In this document: positions 62,935 to 64,000 of the stretch, piece after piece
How the letters are laid out: each line of letters starts with the position of its first letter
Position numbering within the stretch: the stretch's first letter is position 1
Assembly (NCBI GenBank): GCA_964563915.1
Contig: CAZLYW010000001.1
Location: forward strand, 560 to 64,559
Direction of reading: 5' to 3'
DNA: 64,000 nucleotides
Source of the DNA: an uncultured Candidatus Peribacteria bacterium
GTDB lineage: Bacteria; Patescibacteriota; Gracilibacteria; Peribacterales; Peribacteraceae
Translations under genes and position numbers: made by a program
Notes under the pieces: model-generated
The model's database searches: none
Told to the model about the DNA's origin: nothing
The model's input: only the letters and a program-made list of their open reading frames with translations

Positions 62935-64000
62935 TCATGAATGGAACGGCGACCGGTAAACTGCACTCTTCCCCAACTCCTCTTCGATCCTGAGGAGTTC
63001 GTTGTATTTGCAAATCCTATCCGTCCGGCTGAGCGACCCCGTCTTGATCTGCCCCGTCTGGAGGCCGACCGCGAGATGGGCGATGAAGGTATCTTCGGTT
63101 TCGCCGCTGCGATGGCTGACGACCGCATTCCATCCATGCTCCTGCGTCATCCGGATCGCGTCGACGGTTTCGCTGACGGTGCCGATCTGGTTGAGCTTGA
63201 TGAGGACGGCGTTCGCGGCGTTCTTCGTGATGCCCTCCCCGATGCGCTGGGTATTCGTCACGAAGAGATCGTCACCCACCAGCTGGAGCTTCTTGCCCAG
63301 TTTCTTCTCCATGAGGATGAAACCGTCCCAATCGTCCTCCGCGTGACTGTCTTCGATGCTGACAATGGAATAGTTTTCCGCCAAGTGCGCGTAGTAGTCG
63401 GCAAGTTGGGAGGACGTGAACGTCTTGCGGTCCGCCACGTACGTGCCGTTCGTGCGGAACTCGGATGCCGCGGCATCGATCGCCAACTTCACGCGTCCCC
63501 CGTAGCCGGCTTCCTCAATGGCATGCGTGAGGATCGAGAACGCGTGGTCAGCGTCGGCGACGTGCGGCGCGAATCCCCCCTCGTCCCCCACCGCGATCAC
63601 GTACTGGAATTTCTTCAGCATGTCCTTGAGCGCGTAGAAGACTTCGGCGCCCGCGCGGAGCGCCTCGGAGAAGGAGGAACACCCCGAGGGCACGATCATG
63701 AATTCCTGGAAGCTGAGACCGGAATCGGCATGCACGCCGCCGTTGAGGACGTTCATGAGCGGCACGGGGAGTGTGACGTCTTTGCCCATCTTCACCTCGA
63801 ACTGCTCGGCGAGCGACTTCCAAAGCGACTGCTTCTCGGAGGCTGCTCGTGCCCGGCAGACCGCCATCGAGACGGCGAGGATCGCATTCGCTCCGAGGGT
63901 GGACTTGTTCTCCGTCCCGTCCGCGTCGATGAGCGCCTGGTCGAGTGTCCGCTGATCGCTGACGGACATGCCTTTCACTTTCTGGAAAAGCGGCCCGTTG
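62935..64000 (-). CDS. eno: enolase, N-terminal part beyond window edge
   Basis: Has SHRSGETEDTFIAHLAVG, LGANAILAVSMA and IGDDLFVTN-like motifs. The frame stays open upstream of the tracked GTG to nt 64000. Confidence 0.95.
   Translation of the reverse strand, partial: NGPLFQKVKGMSVSDQRTLDQALIDADGTENKSTLGANAILAVSMAVCRARAASEKQSLWKSLAEQFEVKMGKDVTLPVPLMNVLNGGVHADSGLSFQEFMIVPSGCSSFSEALRAGAEVFYALKDMLKKFQYVIAVGDEGGFAPHVADADHAFSILTHAIEEAGYGGRVKLAIDAAASEFRTNGTYVADRKTFTSSQLADYYAHLAENYSIVSIEDSHAEDDWDGFILMEKKLGKKLQLVGDDLFVTNTQRIGEGITKNAANAVLIKLNQIGTVSETVDAIRMTQEHGWNAVVSHRSGETEDTFIAHLAVGLQTGQIKTGSLSRTDRICKYNELLRIEEELGKSAVYRSPFHS

Noticed and set aside
1-64000. Alternative genetic code (UGA recoding), as in some CPR lineages.
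   Set aside because: Conserved genes terminate at TGA at the expected lengths (for example recA, the PilB-like ATPase and yefM), and no conserved gene shows in-frame TGA. The standard code fits.

Overview
G+C-rich bacterial chromosomal segment. Both edges cut genes: an ABC exporter on the left and enolase on the right. I count about 65 protein genes and 2 tRNAs (Val-TAC, Pro-GGG). I see no rRNA and no CRISPR array. Most genes are housekeeping. Translation and replication: ribosomal proteins L9, S16, S20 and L19, IF-2, DnaB, RecA, RuvX, PrmC, TyrRS, RluD and TsaE. Envelope: MraY, a PBP2/FtsI-type transpeptidase, GlmS, a WecA/TagO-type transferase, two GT4 glycosyltransferases, an M23 peptidase and a pyruvyl transferase. 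Metabolism: FBPase, GAPDH, PGK, enolase, PurA and NadK. The gene content, many orphan small membrane proteins and a T4SS-pilin-like miniprotein suggest a reduced-genome, CPR/Patescibacteria-like organism; this is inference only. The clear accessory region is 54.5-62.5 kb. It holds a yefM-yoeB toxin-antitoxin pair with a promoter/operator palindrome and a convergent, 3'-overlapping ATP-grasp plus FGase-like amidohydrolase pair. It also holds a 4.5-kb integrative element next to tRNA-Pro, bounded by perfect 133-bp direct repeats that contain nested tRNA 3'-end fragments; this element carries a frame-disrupted large serine recombinase and phage-like small genes. The most unusual sequence-level property is several families of short palindromic or interspersed repeats. 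They occur between genes and also in frame inside conserved genes (glmS, a PilB/GspE-like ATPase, rluD, prmC, a DHH phosphoesterase). One copy supplies the C-termini and stop codons of two convergent genes. A second candidate accessory locus is a very AT-rich spacer followed by a two-gene membrane-protein operon (47.3-50.6 kb). All coordinates come from hand reading of the sequence plus the ORF track; no database search was possible.
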